This document shows, in pieces, positions 38,404 through 48,038 of a stretch of 64,000 bases of DNA. Each line of letters starts with the position of its first letter. Within the stretch, counting starts at the first letter, position 1. A program made the translations under genes and the position numbers. Below the pieces are notes generated by a model. It ran no database searches and was not told where the DNA came from. It was given only the letters and a program-made list of their open reading frames with translations. Source of the DNA: Patescibacteria group bacterium UBA3531 (lineage in GTDB: Bacteria > Patescibacteriota > Minisyncoccia > Phycocordibacterales > UBA3531); assembly GCA_002376885.1 (NCBI GenBank), contig DFOW01000001.1:79381-143380 (forward strand), written 5' to 3'.

Positions 38404-39690
38404 TTAAAACACCTGACTCCTATAAACATGGTTAAACTCTGGGAACTCTTTTGGTTCAACATTAAGTACCTTTACTGTTCCCGTCTCTTTATCAATTTCA
38501 ATAGTTGCAAAGCTTTTATTATTGTTACGTGTTATCTCGTTCAGAATATTTTCTGGATTTACATTGAATGACAAAGTATACACCCCTGACGCAAGGTCGG
38601 TTATATCAAGATTTTGATCAACATAGGTAAAGAAGTACGTATCTCCCCACCCAACCGACACCCCTTGTCGCTCCTTACCACAAATTAAATATCGTGCCTC
38701 GCTATCTTTAAATGCTTCGTCATTTATTTGTGTTACGTCTCTAATACAAAAAGTAGTTTTTTGTTCTTGCTTGCCACTAAACACATGGGGATGACTATCA
38801 TCGTGTACATGGTCATGTTGATTACGTGCACTAATATTCTCTTCTTGAGTTTGAGAAAGAACATAGGTAACAAAATCACTGTAATGATAATGCAGATGCT
38901 CTTCGTGCCATAAAAAGATCCCTACGGGGGTATCTCTGTATGAGTCATCAGTTTTATAAATTCTTTGAAGTACCACTCTATCAATATCTTCTTTTATTCC
39001 AGCTGTGCCTGGATCAGCAACAAGTTCAAGAGGGCCTTCTCCTACATTGTAGTAGGTAGTACTAAACAATAAAAAGTCTCGCCCCCCTTCTTGTTTAAGC
39101 GTTATATCTTGTGGCGGAAGAGGAATAAGGTCTGGCAATAATTCAACCTCTCCACGCACGAAAGCTTCTATAATAGTTCGCTCTTTCTTTGAAATAACCC
39201 TATCAAAAAATTTATTTTTATTAGAGTATCGTTCGTCTATCCGCGATACAATTTTTTCTGCAACAAAGGCTGGTGTGTCGTCCGATGAAAATTCATACAA
39301 ACCAGGAACAAAAAAGTCCCCTAAAATCTCAATTGGTGGAATAATAAATTGTGTTCCGTGTATCAAAAAGGCCTCGCGCTCAAGCTCCCCCCACTCAAGC
39401 TCTTGTGTTAAATATTCAAGAATATCTTGGTTATAAGCATCCCAGGTAATGCCACGAATTGCCTCTTGGAAGAGCTTTTCGTCATCCATCCCCCATCCGA
39501 ATTCTTCACCAATGGCATACGATAATGCCTTATGGTTGTATCCATCTTTTAAATCAACAAAGAGTGCTTGTGGTTCGCCACTTTCTACACGATTTAAAAA
39601 TACAAAAGGAGAAAAATAAAAATATCCTGAAACAAGGATACTGATAAACATTACAATCGTGAGGGACTTCCAAGGCATTACTTTTTCCAA
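38404..39690 (-). CDS. Hypothetical secreted/membrane-anchored protein (428 aa)
   Basis: N-terminal TM helix, His-rich patch (HEEHLHYHYSD...HDHVHDDSHPH); no family recognised. Confidence 0.5.
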   Translation of the reverse strand: MEKVMPWKSLTIVMFISILVSGYFYFSPFVFLNRVESGEPQALFVDLKDGYNHKALSYAIGEEFGWGMDDEKLFQEAIRGITWDAYNQDILEYLTQELEWGELEREAFLIHGTQFIIPPIEILGDFFVPGLYEFSSDDTPAFVAEKIVSRIDERYSNKNKFFDRVISKKERTIIEAFVRGEVELLPDLIPLPPQDITLKQEGGRDFLLFSTTYYNVGEGPLELVADPGTAGIKEDIDRVVLQRIYKTDDSYRDTPVGIFLWHEEHLHYHYSDFVTYVLSQTQEENISARNQHDHVHDDSHPHVFSGKQEQKTTFCIRDVTQINDEAFKDSEARYLICGKERQGVSVGWGDTYFFTYVDQNLDITDLASGVYTLSFNVNPENILNEITRNNNKSFATIEIDKETGTVKVLNVEPKEFPEFNHVYRSQVF

Positions 39691-39847
39691 TCTTTTATTA
39701 TGATGGTCTTTCCTTTCTTTGTAATCAGTAGCTTTTGACGTTCGCGAATATTGAGTTCATCTACAATCTCAGAAGGGATTACAATCGAAAGACTTCGTTT
39801 TCCTACTCGAGTAACCTTACGAACATATTTTTTCATAGCCCTATTAT

Positions 39848-39887
39848 GCTACGTAACATGTTACGTAGCAAGCTACGTAACAAAACG
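39848..39887. promoter_or_regulatory. Perfect 22-nt palindrome gctacgtaacatgttacgtagc followed by a third half-site copy (agctacgtaac); candidate operator upstream of the XRE gene
   Basis: Read directly. Shares the TACGTAA core with the 28652 palindrome. Followed by hairpin aaggccacc...ggtggcctt (39890..39930). Confidence 0.5.
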
Positions 39888-40004
39888 AACAAAGGCCACC
39901 GGAACTCCTCAAAGAGAGTTTGGTGGCCTTAGTTGACGTGCCTTTCCAGCTCACGTCTTTTTCTAAGTTTCCCCAGTGCCTTTGCCGATAAACAATAGTA
40001 GTAT

Positions 40005-40226
40005 ATGAAGAAGTCAATCCACACAAAAGAATACGCTTACTTCGTCGAGAAATTGCGAAAAGCGCGCCTTGAAGCAGGATTGACGCAGGTTCAGGTTGCT
40101 AAGAAGCTAAAACGTCCGCAGTCGTATATCTCCAATGTGGAATCAGGACAACAGCGTGTCGATGTTGTCGAATTGCAAAAATTTGCAAAAATGTACGGCA
40201 AGGACGTAAATTACTTTTTTAAATAA
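40005..40226 (+). CDS. XRE-family helix-turn-helix transcriptional regulator
   Basis: LRKARLEAGLTQVQVAKKLKRPQSYISNVESGQQ is a canonical Cro/C1-type HTH. Confidence 0.8.
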   Translation: MKKSIHTKEYAYFVEKLRKARLEAGLTQVQVAKKLKRPQSYISNVESGQQRVDVVELQKFAKMYGKDVNYFFK

Positions 40227-40234
40227 TTTTAATT

Positions 40235-40624
40235 ATGTTTAACAAGAAATTCATTGGTTCTACTGTTGCCCTGGTGGTGGGAGTCCTTGCAATCGTTGCG
40301 GGATTAGCTGAACCATCAAGTACAATGTTTGCAGGTATTTATATCGTACTTGGCTCGCTAGCTTACAGGTCACTAAAAAAGAGAAAGTTGGGCATGGTTC
40401 AGGATTCAAAAATCCGTCTAATTCTTGAGGTTGTGGGCATACTGGCAATTATTTTGCTAATACTCATGCAAAACAATCTACAGGCAAATATTGTGAACGA
40501 TCCGTTTCCAAATATCGTAATACCGCTATGGGTTATAGTTGCTTATCTTGTCGTTTACTTCCGCGGTACAAAAAGTAGCGAAGAAAAGGAAGCAAAAATT
40601 GAGGACTCCACTCAAACTACTTAA
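40235..40624 (+). CDS. Hypothetical membrane protein (4 TM)
   Basis: 129 aa, four hydrophobic helices; starts with MFN like the next gene. Confidence 0.55.
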   Translation: MFNKKFIGSTVALVVGVLAIVAGLAEPSSTMFAGIYIVLGSLAYRSLKKRKLGMVQDSKIRLILEVVGILAIILLILMQNNLQANIVNDPFPNIVIPLWVIVAYLVVYFRGTKSSEEKEAKIEDSTQTT

Positions 40625-40634
40625 ACCAAAAGTT

Positions 40635-41321
40635 ATGTTTAACTTTTCTACAAAAGAACAACGAAAGCTTGATGAGCAGCTATATTCTGTTGTAACTGAC
40701 GAAATTGAGCGTAACGAAATATATAAACCACTTTGGACAAAAGCTCTTGCCGATTCTGATAATGACAAGCAACGAGCGCAGGCTTTATATATCAAATATC
40801 GAGTTCAAAAGTTGAAAGATGAAATGCGTTTTGAAAAAGAACGGGAGCAAGCAAATGAGCGTGCTCGGGTTGCCACTGAAAACAAAAGGGTGAAATCTGA
40901 AAGAAGTATAACCACATTGGAAACTACAACATCTCATTTGCTATCCAGTTTCAAATGGCTAACAGCGATTATGCTAATCCTCGGGGCTATAGGTCTATTT
41001 TTGTCATACATAACAATTTCAGTCAGTTACGATTACAGTTGGTGGGTTCTTTCGGGTTTGAGTGTATTGCTTTTTGTGCTCGGCGGATACCTACTTTTTG
41101 ATTGTTTTAGAATTTCAAAAATAAGTGATCACAAAATACTCAAAAAGAAATTGAATACGTCTTTCTTAATTCTTATACCATTCTCACTTGTGGGAACAAT
41201 CATAGGAATAATCATGCCGTTGGTTGCACTGTTTATGTTTATAAGCTTTGTTGCATTAGTTATTCACGCAATCAAATTCAATCGTGCATTCAATTATGCA
41301 AAAAGAAATGGTTTGATATGA
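40635..41321 (+). CDS. Hypothetical membrane protein with a charged N-terminal cytoplasmic domain (LWTKALADSDNDKQRAQALYIKYRV) and a 4-TM C-terminus
   Basis: Start taken at the internal ATG (MFNFSTKEQ...) to avoid an 85-nt overlap with the upstream gene. The N-terminal region resembles a recurring G-x-LW-KAL-x-GD-x-KA-x-YI-x-RV module of unknown function. Confidence 0.5.
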   Translation: MFNFSTKEQRKLDEQLYSVVTDEIERNEIYKPLWTKALADSDNDKQRAQALYIKYRVQKLKDEMRFEKEREQANERARVATENKRVKSERSITTLETTTSHLLSSFKWLTAIMLILGAIGLFLSYITISVSYDYSWWVLSGLSVLLFVLGGYLLFDCFRISKISDHKILKKKLNTSFLILIPFSLVGTIIGIIMPLVALFMFISFVALVIHAIKFNRAFNYAKRNGLI

Positions 41322-41334
41322 CACTGTATAGATA

Positions 41335-42435
41335 ATGAAATGGATATTTGACTGGCTCATTAACTTATTTGGCAAGAAAGACATCGCACGAGATACGGAC
41401 GAGAGTTTTTTTCGTCCGATTTTGTTTTTGTTCCCTAATATTCTCAAAGAAAGCGTGTCGTCAGAAACGGATGTAAAAGATTGGCAAAAAGATTATCTCT
41501 CGAAAAACAAAAACATTGAAAAATATATCTTCAACGCCTGCGAAGCATTACAGGTCTGCGGAATCTCTTATACAAAATACAAGAAAGAACTCAAACGTTA
41601 CTCGGATGAAGAACTCAATAAAGGCGCGGGAGAAATTGTTGGCAGAAACTTTGAAATTGAAGCCCGGCTAATGCTAAGGCGAATGCTGGAGCTGTATGTG
41701 GAAAGCTGGCATTTCAAAGAAATCAAGAACGATAAAGAAACGATCTTCAGGCACTATTTCTTACTCCGAAATCTCAAAGCTTTTTATAGTAGAAAAACCA
41801 ACACAAAAGATTTTTGTGATTTTGATTTGGAATTTGATACCAAGGCTATTTCAGAAATCCGTACGGCGTTAAATAACTTATCTGTCCAAAATCCTTTTTA
41901 CCTAACGAATAATAAAGATCCGAACAAAGACAGTGATGTAAAAAAGTTGTTCAAACATTTTCGCGATTTGCTTGTGGAAGCTATGCCAAAAATGACGGAC
42001 GGACTGAGGGAAATGGTTGGTGAGTCATACCAGCTATATGCCGAAACCAGTGAAGTTGTTCATGGATTTTCGGGAGGACCGAATTTCAATCTACGCAATT
42101 ATCATCAAGAAATAACTGCGCTTTATGCAAGATCCGCGGTACTTGCTTCAAACATTTTGAAATATCTTGTAGTTATCGGCGATAACCAGATAAGCAATAC
42201 TGAAATAAAAGAAGCTATTAATGGCTTAAGAACTGACGATTTGCCTCATAGCTTCATGTTTGAAGTTGGAGATAAGGTTTTGGTGCTAGGGCAAATCAAA
42301 GCAGAAATTACGGAAATATCGCAATCAAAATATGGCTGCAAGAAATATAAAGTTAAATATAACGACAAGCGAGAAGATTGGAGTTGGTCTTTTGAGCGCG
42401 AATGGTTTTTATTGAAAGAGCTGACGAAGCTGTAA
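41335..42435 (+). CDS. Hypothetical cytoplasmic protein (366 aa), unknown family
   Basis: Long ORF with a strong hairpin after the stop (aatccccgtcgtt...aacgacggggatt, 42448..42490). No motif recognised. Confidence 0.6.
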   Translation: MKWIFDWLINLFGKKDIARDTDESFFRPILFLFPNILKESVSSETDVKDWQKDYLSKNKNIEKYIFNACEALQVCGISYTKYKKELKRYSDEELNKGAGEIVGRNFEIEARLMLRRMLELYVESWHFKEIKNDKETIFRHYFLLRNLKAFYSRKTNTKDFCDFDLEFDTKAISEIRTALNNLSVQNPFYLTNNKDPNKDSDVKKLFKHFRDLLVEAMPKMTDGLREMVGESYQLYAETSEVVHGFSGGPNFNLRNYHQEITALYARSAVLASNILKYLVVIGDNQISNTEIKEAINGLRTDDLPHSFMFEVGDKVLVLGQIKAEITEISQSKYGCKKYKVKYNDKREDWSWSFEREWFLLKELTKL

Positions 42436-42490
42436 GAATAAGGGAGCCAATCCCCGTCGTTTACAATTTTTCCTAAAACGACGGGGATTG

Positions 42491-43300
42491 CTGTTCGCGC
42501 ACTGGGCGGGCGGGGCAAGCACAATGCATCACCACCAACTTTAACGAAGCCACAGAGCGAACACGAAGCAAGCACCGAGCAGGCATCGCGAACGAATGTG
42601 AGTGGCCAATGCGAGGTGTTTGCGAAGTGTGAGCGTGTATAAGAACTACCACCAAACGCGGAGACGGGAGCGCCTCGGGCCGACGCGAAGCTAGAAAAAG
42701 CGGAGTATGGGAAATATAATGACCTTACGGAGCTTTTGGAAGCTGAAGCGACGGACGCAAACCAAAAATTTCCTTGCGATATCTTTTCGCCTAGCGGCGG
42801 AGGGGTCTGGGGAGGAGCCGCACAAAAATGAAAGGAAATTTTTTGTGTTTGCTCGCGCGAGGTACGAGCGCGCCCGGGGCGCAGAATCAACACACAAGCG
42901 GAGCGTACGAGTTAGGTTCGCATCACCACGCGCTCCGCGCGTGCGAAGTGGGTTCGCGCAATGTGTAATAATTCTTCACAAAACGAGACATAATCCAAAT
43001 CGTGAAAATTTTTTACTTTTGCCACAGGCAAAAGTGGGTACGCAAAATCGGTTTTCGTGTTGTAGGCAAAGACGAATTCAGAGAGAACGGAGCACCGGAG
43101 CGAATGCGGAGGCGCAGGGGCGTGAGCAGAATCACCACGCCTGCCTGCCGCAGGCAGGGACTCCAATGCGTACGCGGAAGGTTGGAGCCACCACGCGCGC
43201 GGCGCGTGATTAGTTGGTCTTTGACTCGAAATAAGTTCGAGCAAAGGCTACAATATCTTCGCAACTTTTTGAGCCTTATTTCTCAACGTCTTTTTTATCC
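42491..43300. other. GC-rich noncoding tract of about 800 bp with degenerate internal repeats and many perfect short palindromes; possible large structured RNA or decayed foreign DNA
   Basis: No frame has a convincing ORF. Repeats include GCGAA(CGAA)TGTGAGYG three times, gcagaatcaMcac twice, caccacgcgc..gcgcgtg twice. Palindromes include cctgcctgc-c-gcaggcagg, ctcgcgcgag, aaaaatttcct...aggaaattttt. Confidence 0.5.
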
Positions 43301-43324
43301 ACCAAACGGGACGTTGGAACCGAG

Positions 43325-44213
43325 CTACAAAACTAATTCCCACGTTTTCCCAGAATCAGTACTTTTATAAATTTTTTCTTCATGAGTGAGAGCGTATAGA
43401 ATTTCTAAGGTATCTCCATATCCAGTGAATTCTATAATCGTATTTCCATCAAAATAGTTAGTAACTTTATTCCAAGTCATTCCACTATCTTCACTCCCCA
43501 CAAGTCCTCTTGTTGGTGAATATATGATTATGTCCTTTGAATTACTTGGATTTATGTAATAAGGCGGTCACGGCTTCCTTGCCTAAGCCGTCAAAGGCTG
43601 TAACCCATGTTATTCCACGGTCTTCACTTTTCATAACCCCCTGCCACGTAAGAGCAGTTACCTTATTCTCATCTCTTGGATCAGGATTAAATGAAAAAAC
43701 AGTAGGAATAGCATTACTACCAATACCCCATGTGGCCCCGCCATCTGAACTTACTTGAACCGACTTATCATGCCATCCGTATAATATATTTGGATTTGCG
43801 CTACTTATGCCAAGAGAATGAAAGTCAACCGGTCCATCTATACCATTTGATAACTTACTCCAAGAATCTCCCCTATCATTTGATATACGGAGCCCTAAGT
43901 TGCCTCCTGTATTTTCATTATGTCCGCTCGAATAAAGGATATTTTGATTGGTAGGATGTGCTGCAAATCCCATAAAATCACTCCCGTCTGTACCAATCAA
44001 CCCTACTTCTCCATTCATAAGTCGAAACAATCCATCGTGTGTAGCAATGTATAATTCGTCGGGATTATTTATAGTTACTTCAATACTATGAATATGATTC
44101 ACTTGACCCACGGCATCATGCTCAACTTCCCCCTCTCCAAAGTAAGAATATCCTCCGCTAACAAGAAGTATTCCACCAATTAATATGATTAGGGCTTTGA
44201 TATTTTTTTCATA
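43325..44213 (-). pseudogene. BNR/Asp-box repeat protein (Ycf48/sialidase-like beta-propeller) interrupted by two frameshifts
   Basis: Asp-box motifs SNDRGDSW, SSDGGATW, SEDRGITW lie in the 43542..44111 ORF (GTG start). SEDSGMTW and STDSGKTW continue in another frame down to 43325. A signal-peptide-like MKKISK-ALIILIGGILLVSGG sits upstream, separated by a frame change at a 7-A homopolymer (44205..44211). Confidence 0.55.
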
Positions 44214-44225
44214 AATTAGACTTTA

Positions 44226-44831
44226 TTATTCCTCGAAATTATTGCTATCACTGTTAACAATCATTTCATCTACAGTATTGGGGTCTACTCCGGGAGCAGG
44301 AACTCCAAGACTCGTTGTTTCTTCACCAGAAGAGGCTGGACCTTGATAGAAGATCTCAATCCTATCATTATCTCTCATAATATAGTTTTCGTATTCTGTA
44401 TTAACCTCACCATTGACCATCATGGTGACCATTCCTCCATCAATACTTGTACACCTATCAAGGACACATTCTGAATTAAACTCCTTTCCCCATATAGTAA
44501 AGAAGTTTCCAAGTCGTGCATCATTTGGCCGGACCACACCCCCAAACTCCATATGAAGAGGCTTGTGGCCCGCTATTATTCGCCCCCCTGTTTCGCGGGC
44601 ATCAGTTACATCATTATGAGTATGGATGGGCGCGGGCCCCCCTGCCAGCCCAATGCCTGAGGGTATGTCTACCTGTTCCCCATCAATGTAGATAGCAAGT
44701 GTTGGATGCCAATGCAAGCCATTTTGGCTTAATATCGTTGGGTCTCTCTCTGTTAGGGTCTTAGACCACCAAGTGCCGCCAATAAAAAGTAGTATGGCCA
44801 CTCCTATAATTATATATGTGTTGTATTTCAT
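44226..44831 (-). CDS. Hypothetical secreted protein (201 aa)
   Basis: N-terminal TM/signal; His-rich HTHNDVTD...GHKPLHMEFGG suggests metal binding. Family not recognised. Confidence 0.5.
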   Translation of the reverse strand: MKYNTYIIIGVAILLFIGGTWWSKTLTERDPTILSQNGLHWHPTLAIYIDGEQVDIPSGIGLAGGPAPIHTHNDVTDARETGGRIIAGHKPLHMEFGGVVRPNDARLGNFFTIWGKEFNSECVLDRCTSIDGGMVTMMVNGEVNTEYENYIMRDNDRIEIFYQGPASSGEETTSLGVPAPGVDPNTVDEMIVNSDSNNFEE

Positions 44832-44846
44832 AAATCGTGTAATTGG

Positions 44847-45593
44847 TTAATAGCCTATAAATGCCTCTGTTCTTATTGTTTTTTGTAGGACTCCTATTTG
44901 TTGTAATACACAAGACACCTCGGTAACCATTGTTGGCGGGCCTACTATCCACCAAATCGTATCGTTTAAATTCAAAATATGTTTCTCTAGGTGCTGCGCC
45001 TCTATGCGCCCAACAATAAAATCAACATTGACACAATCCGAATCCTTTTCCAATTTTTCTAGTTTTTTTAAAAATGCTGTACTCTCTGTACTTCTGTTTG
45101 CATATAGCAGATTTATCGGAATCCCTTCTTTATTATTAACAACCGTTTCTATAATGCTCAAAAAAGGTGTAATTCCAATTCCTCCAGCTATAAATATATG
45201 TTTAAGGTTTTTTTGTGCTGGTAAAACGAAGTGTCCAAATGGCCCCTCAAGCAGAACAGGAGACCCCACCCGCAACTCAAAAAGTGTTTTCTTAAAACCA
45301 CTTCCTGTGTTGCGAAAAGCAATCTCTAATTCGTTCTTATTTAGCGGAGAAGAAGCAATGGAAAATACACGGGAAGAGCCTTTTGGATCAGGGTACAAAG
45401 GCGCCTCGACTCCGAGCTGAACATACTGACCGGCTTCGAACTCAAAAGACGGGGGACGTTCTACAGATATCGAAATTGTTTCTTCTGCAATTTCTCCTTT
45501 TCTAATGACTTTTGAAGTGTATACCTTACTCATAATATTACTAAATACTAGAAGGAGTATTGAATATATTGTTATCAATTTCTTCTCCCACAC
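44847..45593 (-). CDS. FAD/NAD(P)-binding oxidoreductase (ferredoxin-NADP reductase-like), membrane-anchored
   Basis: RVFSIAS (RxYS FAD motif), GGIGITPFLSI (NAD(P) binding). Partners the upstream ferric-reductase-like heme domain. Start possibly at the downstream Met (MSKVY). Confidence 0.7.
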   Translation of the reverse strand: MWEKKLITIYSILLLVFSNIMSKVYTSKVIRKGEIAEETISISVERPPSFEFEAGQYVQLGVEAPLYPDPKGSSRVFSIASSPLNKNELEIAFRNTGSGFKKTLFELRVGSPVLLEGPFGHFVLPAQKNLKHIFIAGGIGITPFLSIIETVVNNKEGIPINLLYANRSTESTAFLKKLEKLEKDSDCVNVDFIVGRIEAQHLEKHILNLNDTIWWIVGPPTMVTEVSCVLQQIGVLQKTIRTEAFIGY

Positions 45594-46818
45594 TTATGAT
45601 TGACACCGTCAACTCACCGTTCTCTGTAGATATTTGATGTTCCCCTACGCCAAGTTCCAGCGCCCACGATGCGGGCCCCGTAATAACGCTTGCCACGCCG
45701 AGAGATTGTATTTCAACATTTTCCTCTTTAGACCAAGCAAACACACCATTGGGATCCTTTTCTGCCATATAAAGTGTTTTTTCATCATAACGATATATTT
45801 GATGTATAACTGGAGAGCCATCAACATTTATTGTTTGCCTAAAATAAGGCTTGGTGTCAATATCTTGCACCCAAAGATACACGTCCTGTGCTTCTTCCTT
45901 AATCACCATATGGAAGGAACTAGCATAATTCTGTGGTAAATTTTGCTGTGCCAATGTTTCTGATGATACAACACTTATGCGACTATCTAGATATACAACT
46001 GAGGCAGACGCTAACAGTATGGGAAGCACTAAAAAGATGCCAACACCCACAACCATCAAGTTTTGAAACTTATTATTTGTAAAATTGACTTTTCCACCTC
46101 CTTTTTGTTCTAGTACTGTCTTTACAAATGCAATCGCTTGAAGCGACACAGCAATAAGTGACATTCCTAAAAATGGATACAAAAACCATATCGATGGATA
46201 CATTCGAAGTTCCGGCAATGTCGGTTGGAAAAAGAAAAACAAGTAAAGAATACCTCGGAGCACAATTACATAAAAAATTACAGAAACCAAGGAGCTATGC
46301 AACCACTTCCACGAGGAAATACCCAAGAAGCTTACTGCCCTGTCAGATGAAGTAATTGCAAGCACAATAATCATTGGGAAAATTATTACTGCCATCATGT
46401 TCATAATACCAACCTCTGGCCTAAACATTACAAAGCTTCCCAAGGTTTCAACATACTCAACACCAAAGAATCGCTCTACACTCCACATAGCCCAGCGATC
46501 CCATATAGCATAACCATGCCCTGCAGACAAAACCGCAAACCAAATACCTAGCTCACGTCTCCATGAGATAAAACGTGCAAACCAAGGCCATATCCTAGCA
46601 GCTGGCCCTATTATCAACAGAGTAAATAGAAAAACAAAAGCCGCGTGTGCCCATGCACGCCAAAATGGGTGCGCAACACCCCAATCAGGCCACAAAGCCG
46701 GGACAACGCCCCAGCTTTGATATGACAGATAAAAAAGATAGACCAATACCGCACTCAAAACACCCACTACGATATGTCTACCAATAACTATTTTCTTGCT
46801 TTTTATTCCAAGTAACAT
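45541..46818 (-). CDS. Ferric reductase-like transmembrane (heme b) domain protein with a C-terminal extracytoplasmic domain
   Basis: Multiple TM helices with conserved His (AHAAFVF, GHGYAIW, HSSLV) as in the YedZ/MsrQ/FRE family. Confidence 0.65.
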   Translation of the reverse strand: MLLGIKSKKIVIGRHIVVGVLSAVLVYLFYLSYQSWGVVPALWPDWGVAHPFWRAWAHAAFVFLFTLLIIGPAARIWPWFARFISWRRELGIWFAVLSAGHGYAIWDRWAMWSVERFFGVEYVETLGSFVMFRPEVGIMNMMAVIIFPMIIVLAITSSDRAVSFLGISSWKWLHSSLVSVIFYVIVLRGILYLFFFFQPTLPELRMYPSIWFLYPFLGMSLIAVSLQAIAFVKTVLEQKGGGKVNFTNNKFQNLMVVGVGIFLVLPILLASASVVYLDSRISVVSSETLAQQNLPQNYASSFHMVIKEEAQDVYLWVQDIDTKPYFRQTINVDGSPVIHQIYRYDEKTLYMAEKDPNGVFAWSKEENVEIQSLGVASVITGPASWALELGVGEHQISTENGELTVSIISVGEEIDNNIFNTPSSI

Positions 46819-46827
46819 ATGTATTTA

Positions 46828-47613
46828 TTAGCGAACAATTACCACTCCTAACTCACTTGCATTCACGTGATCGTGGTACTCCCAATTACCGGGCTGATCA
46901 AACGTGTACTGATAGCCCTCGCCAAACCCAGACACACCAAACTGATCAAATGTTGAGAGTATGGTGTGTGCCGGGTGTTCGTTTGAAGCCACCCACATTG
47001 GTCGACTACTTTTATTCACAAATCGGACTGTCTCTCCTTGCATAATTTCAACAGTTGGTGGTGAGAAACCATCGTCCGTATATGTGACCGTTGCCGCAAC
47101 TGGTATATCCGTGTCCTGGAAATCTTCTCTTATTACAAGTTCATCAGGTACAAGTGTGCCCGTAGGTGTGCGTACATACCGCCTAGCCCCTTCTACAACA
47201 GTGTCGAGAAATGGATTGAAGCCCTTGTCTCCATCATCACTGTAAAGAATCGCCGTAAGCTCTGCCACCACAGGAAATTTACCAATAATATCAGATGTGC
47301 CCATGGCTTCGGTATCACCAACAAAGATACGGACATCCTCATATGTGCCTGCTTCGAGGTAGTCACTCACTTCGAAAATTTGCCCTTGTTTGTTGTTAAC
47401 TACTTCTTGGATTGCCACGAATCCAGGGTCGTCAAGCACAACTCTTTCAAGAATAAAAGTGTTTGGCTCTTTTTCAGCAGACACAATCAATTCTGCGTTG
47501 GTCGCTTTCTGAGATTCTTGTTCTGTTGTTTGATTATTACCTCCCTGGGAAAAAGCAACAAAGACAAGGATCAGAACAATGAGAACAACAAGTGTAAGTA
47601 CGGTCTTTTTCAT
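46828..47613 (-). CDS. Hypothetical secreted protein (possible cupredoxin-like fold)
   Basis: Signal peptide; C-terminal PGNWEYHDHVNASELGVVIV beta-sandwich-like region. Confidence 0.45.
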   Translation of the reverse strand: MKKTVLTLVVLIVLILVFVAFSQGGNNQTTEQESQKATNAELIVSAEKEPNTFILERVVLDDPGFVAIQEVVNNKQGQIFEVSDYLEAGTYEDVRIFVGDTEAMGTSDIIGKFPVVAELTAILYSDDGDKGFNPFLDTVVEGARRYVRTPTGTLVPDELVIREDFQDTDIPVAATVTYTDDGFSPPTVEIMQGETVRFVNKSSRPMWVASNEHPAHTILSTFDQFGVSGFGEGYQYTFDQPGNWEYHDHVNASELGVVIVR

Positions 47614-47621
47614 GGGCTATA

Positions 47622-48020
47622 TTATATCACACGAACCTTAAGCTCCTCACCATGATCATCGGTTGTGTCACTCGGGTTTGGTCCTCCGCACACAGCAGCA
47701 TCTGTGTCAATAGGTCTGTCCGCCACGAACTCCATGCGTGCAGTACCACCTGCTGGCACATGCCCGCCAGGTACTGTTGCATTAAATTGCGGTAGTGCAA
47801 CACCATGAGCTACCGGATCACGGTTTTCAAAGTTGATGATCACCCTATCTCCAACTGAAGCAACAATCTCTGATGGATTATAACGATTATTTTCCATAAC
47901 CACGTCAAAAGTTTTAGTTCCGGAACGAACATCTCCACCAGTGGTAAAAACTATTGCCCCTACAATCAACGCAATAGCAATAATCCCTGACGCGATTGTT
48001 GTTTGATTAATTTCATTCAT
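47622..48020 (-). CDS. Small secreted cupredoxin-like protein
   Basis: N-terminal TM; H...C...H pattern (AHGVALP...AVCGGPNPSDTTDDHG). Confidence 0.45.
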   Translation of the reverse strand: MNEINQTTIASGIIAIALIVGAIVFTTGGDVRSGTKTFDVVMENNRYNPSEIVASVGDRVIINFENRDPVAHGVALPQFNATVPGGHVPAGGTARMEFVADRPIDTDAAVCGGPNPSDTTDDHGEELKVRVI

Positions 48021-48038
48021 ATTATAAGTGTTAAATTT

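Noticed and set aside
42246-43370. ORFs 42246..42893(-), 42473..42655(-), 42691..42897(-), 42707..43213(+), 42912..43244(-), 43002..43370(+), 43013..43264(-)
   Set aside because: They are mutually overlapping and Arg/Ala-rich low-complexity translations of a GC-rich repeat-bearing tract. One runs antisense into the end of the 366-aa gene, and none has start-site support. Region called noncoding.
44847-46818. Possibility that the ferric-reductase TM gene and the FNR-like gene are one frameshifted FRE/NOX-type gene
   Set aside because: The TM protein has its own about 220-aa extracytoplasmic C-terminal domain and a clean stop. The FNR-like protein has its own N-terminal TM helix. The 53-nt overlap disappears if the FNR gene starts at the downstream Met. 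Kept as two genes.
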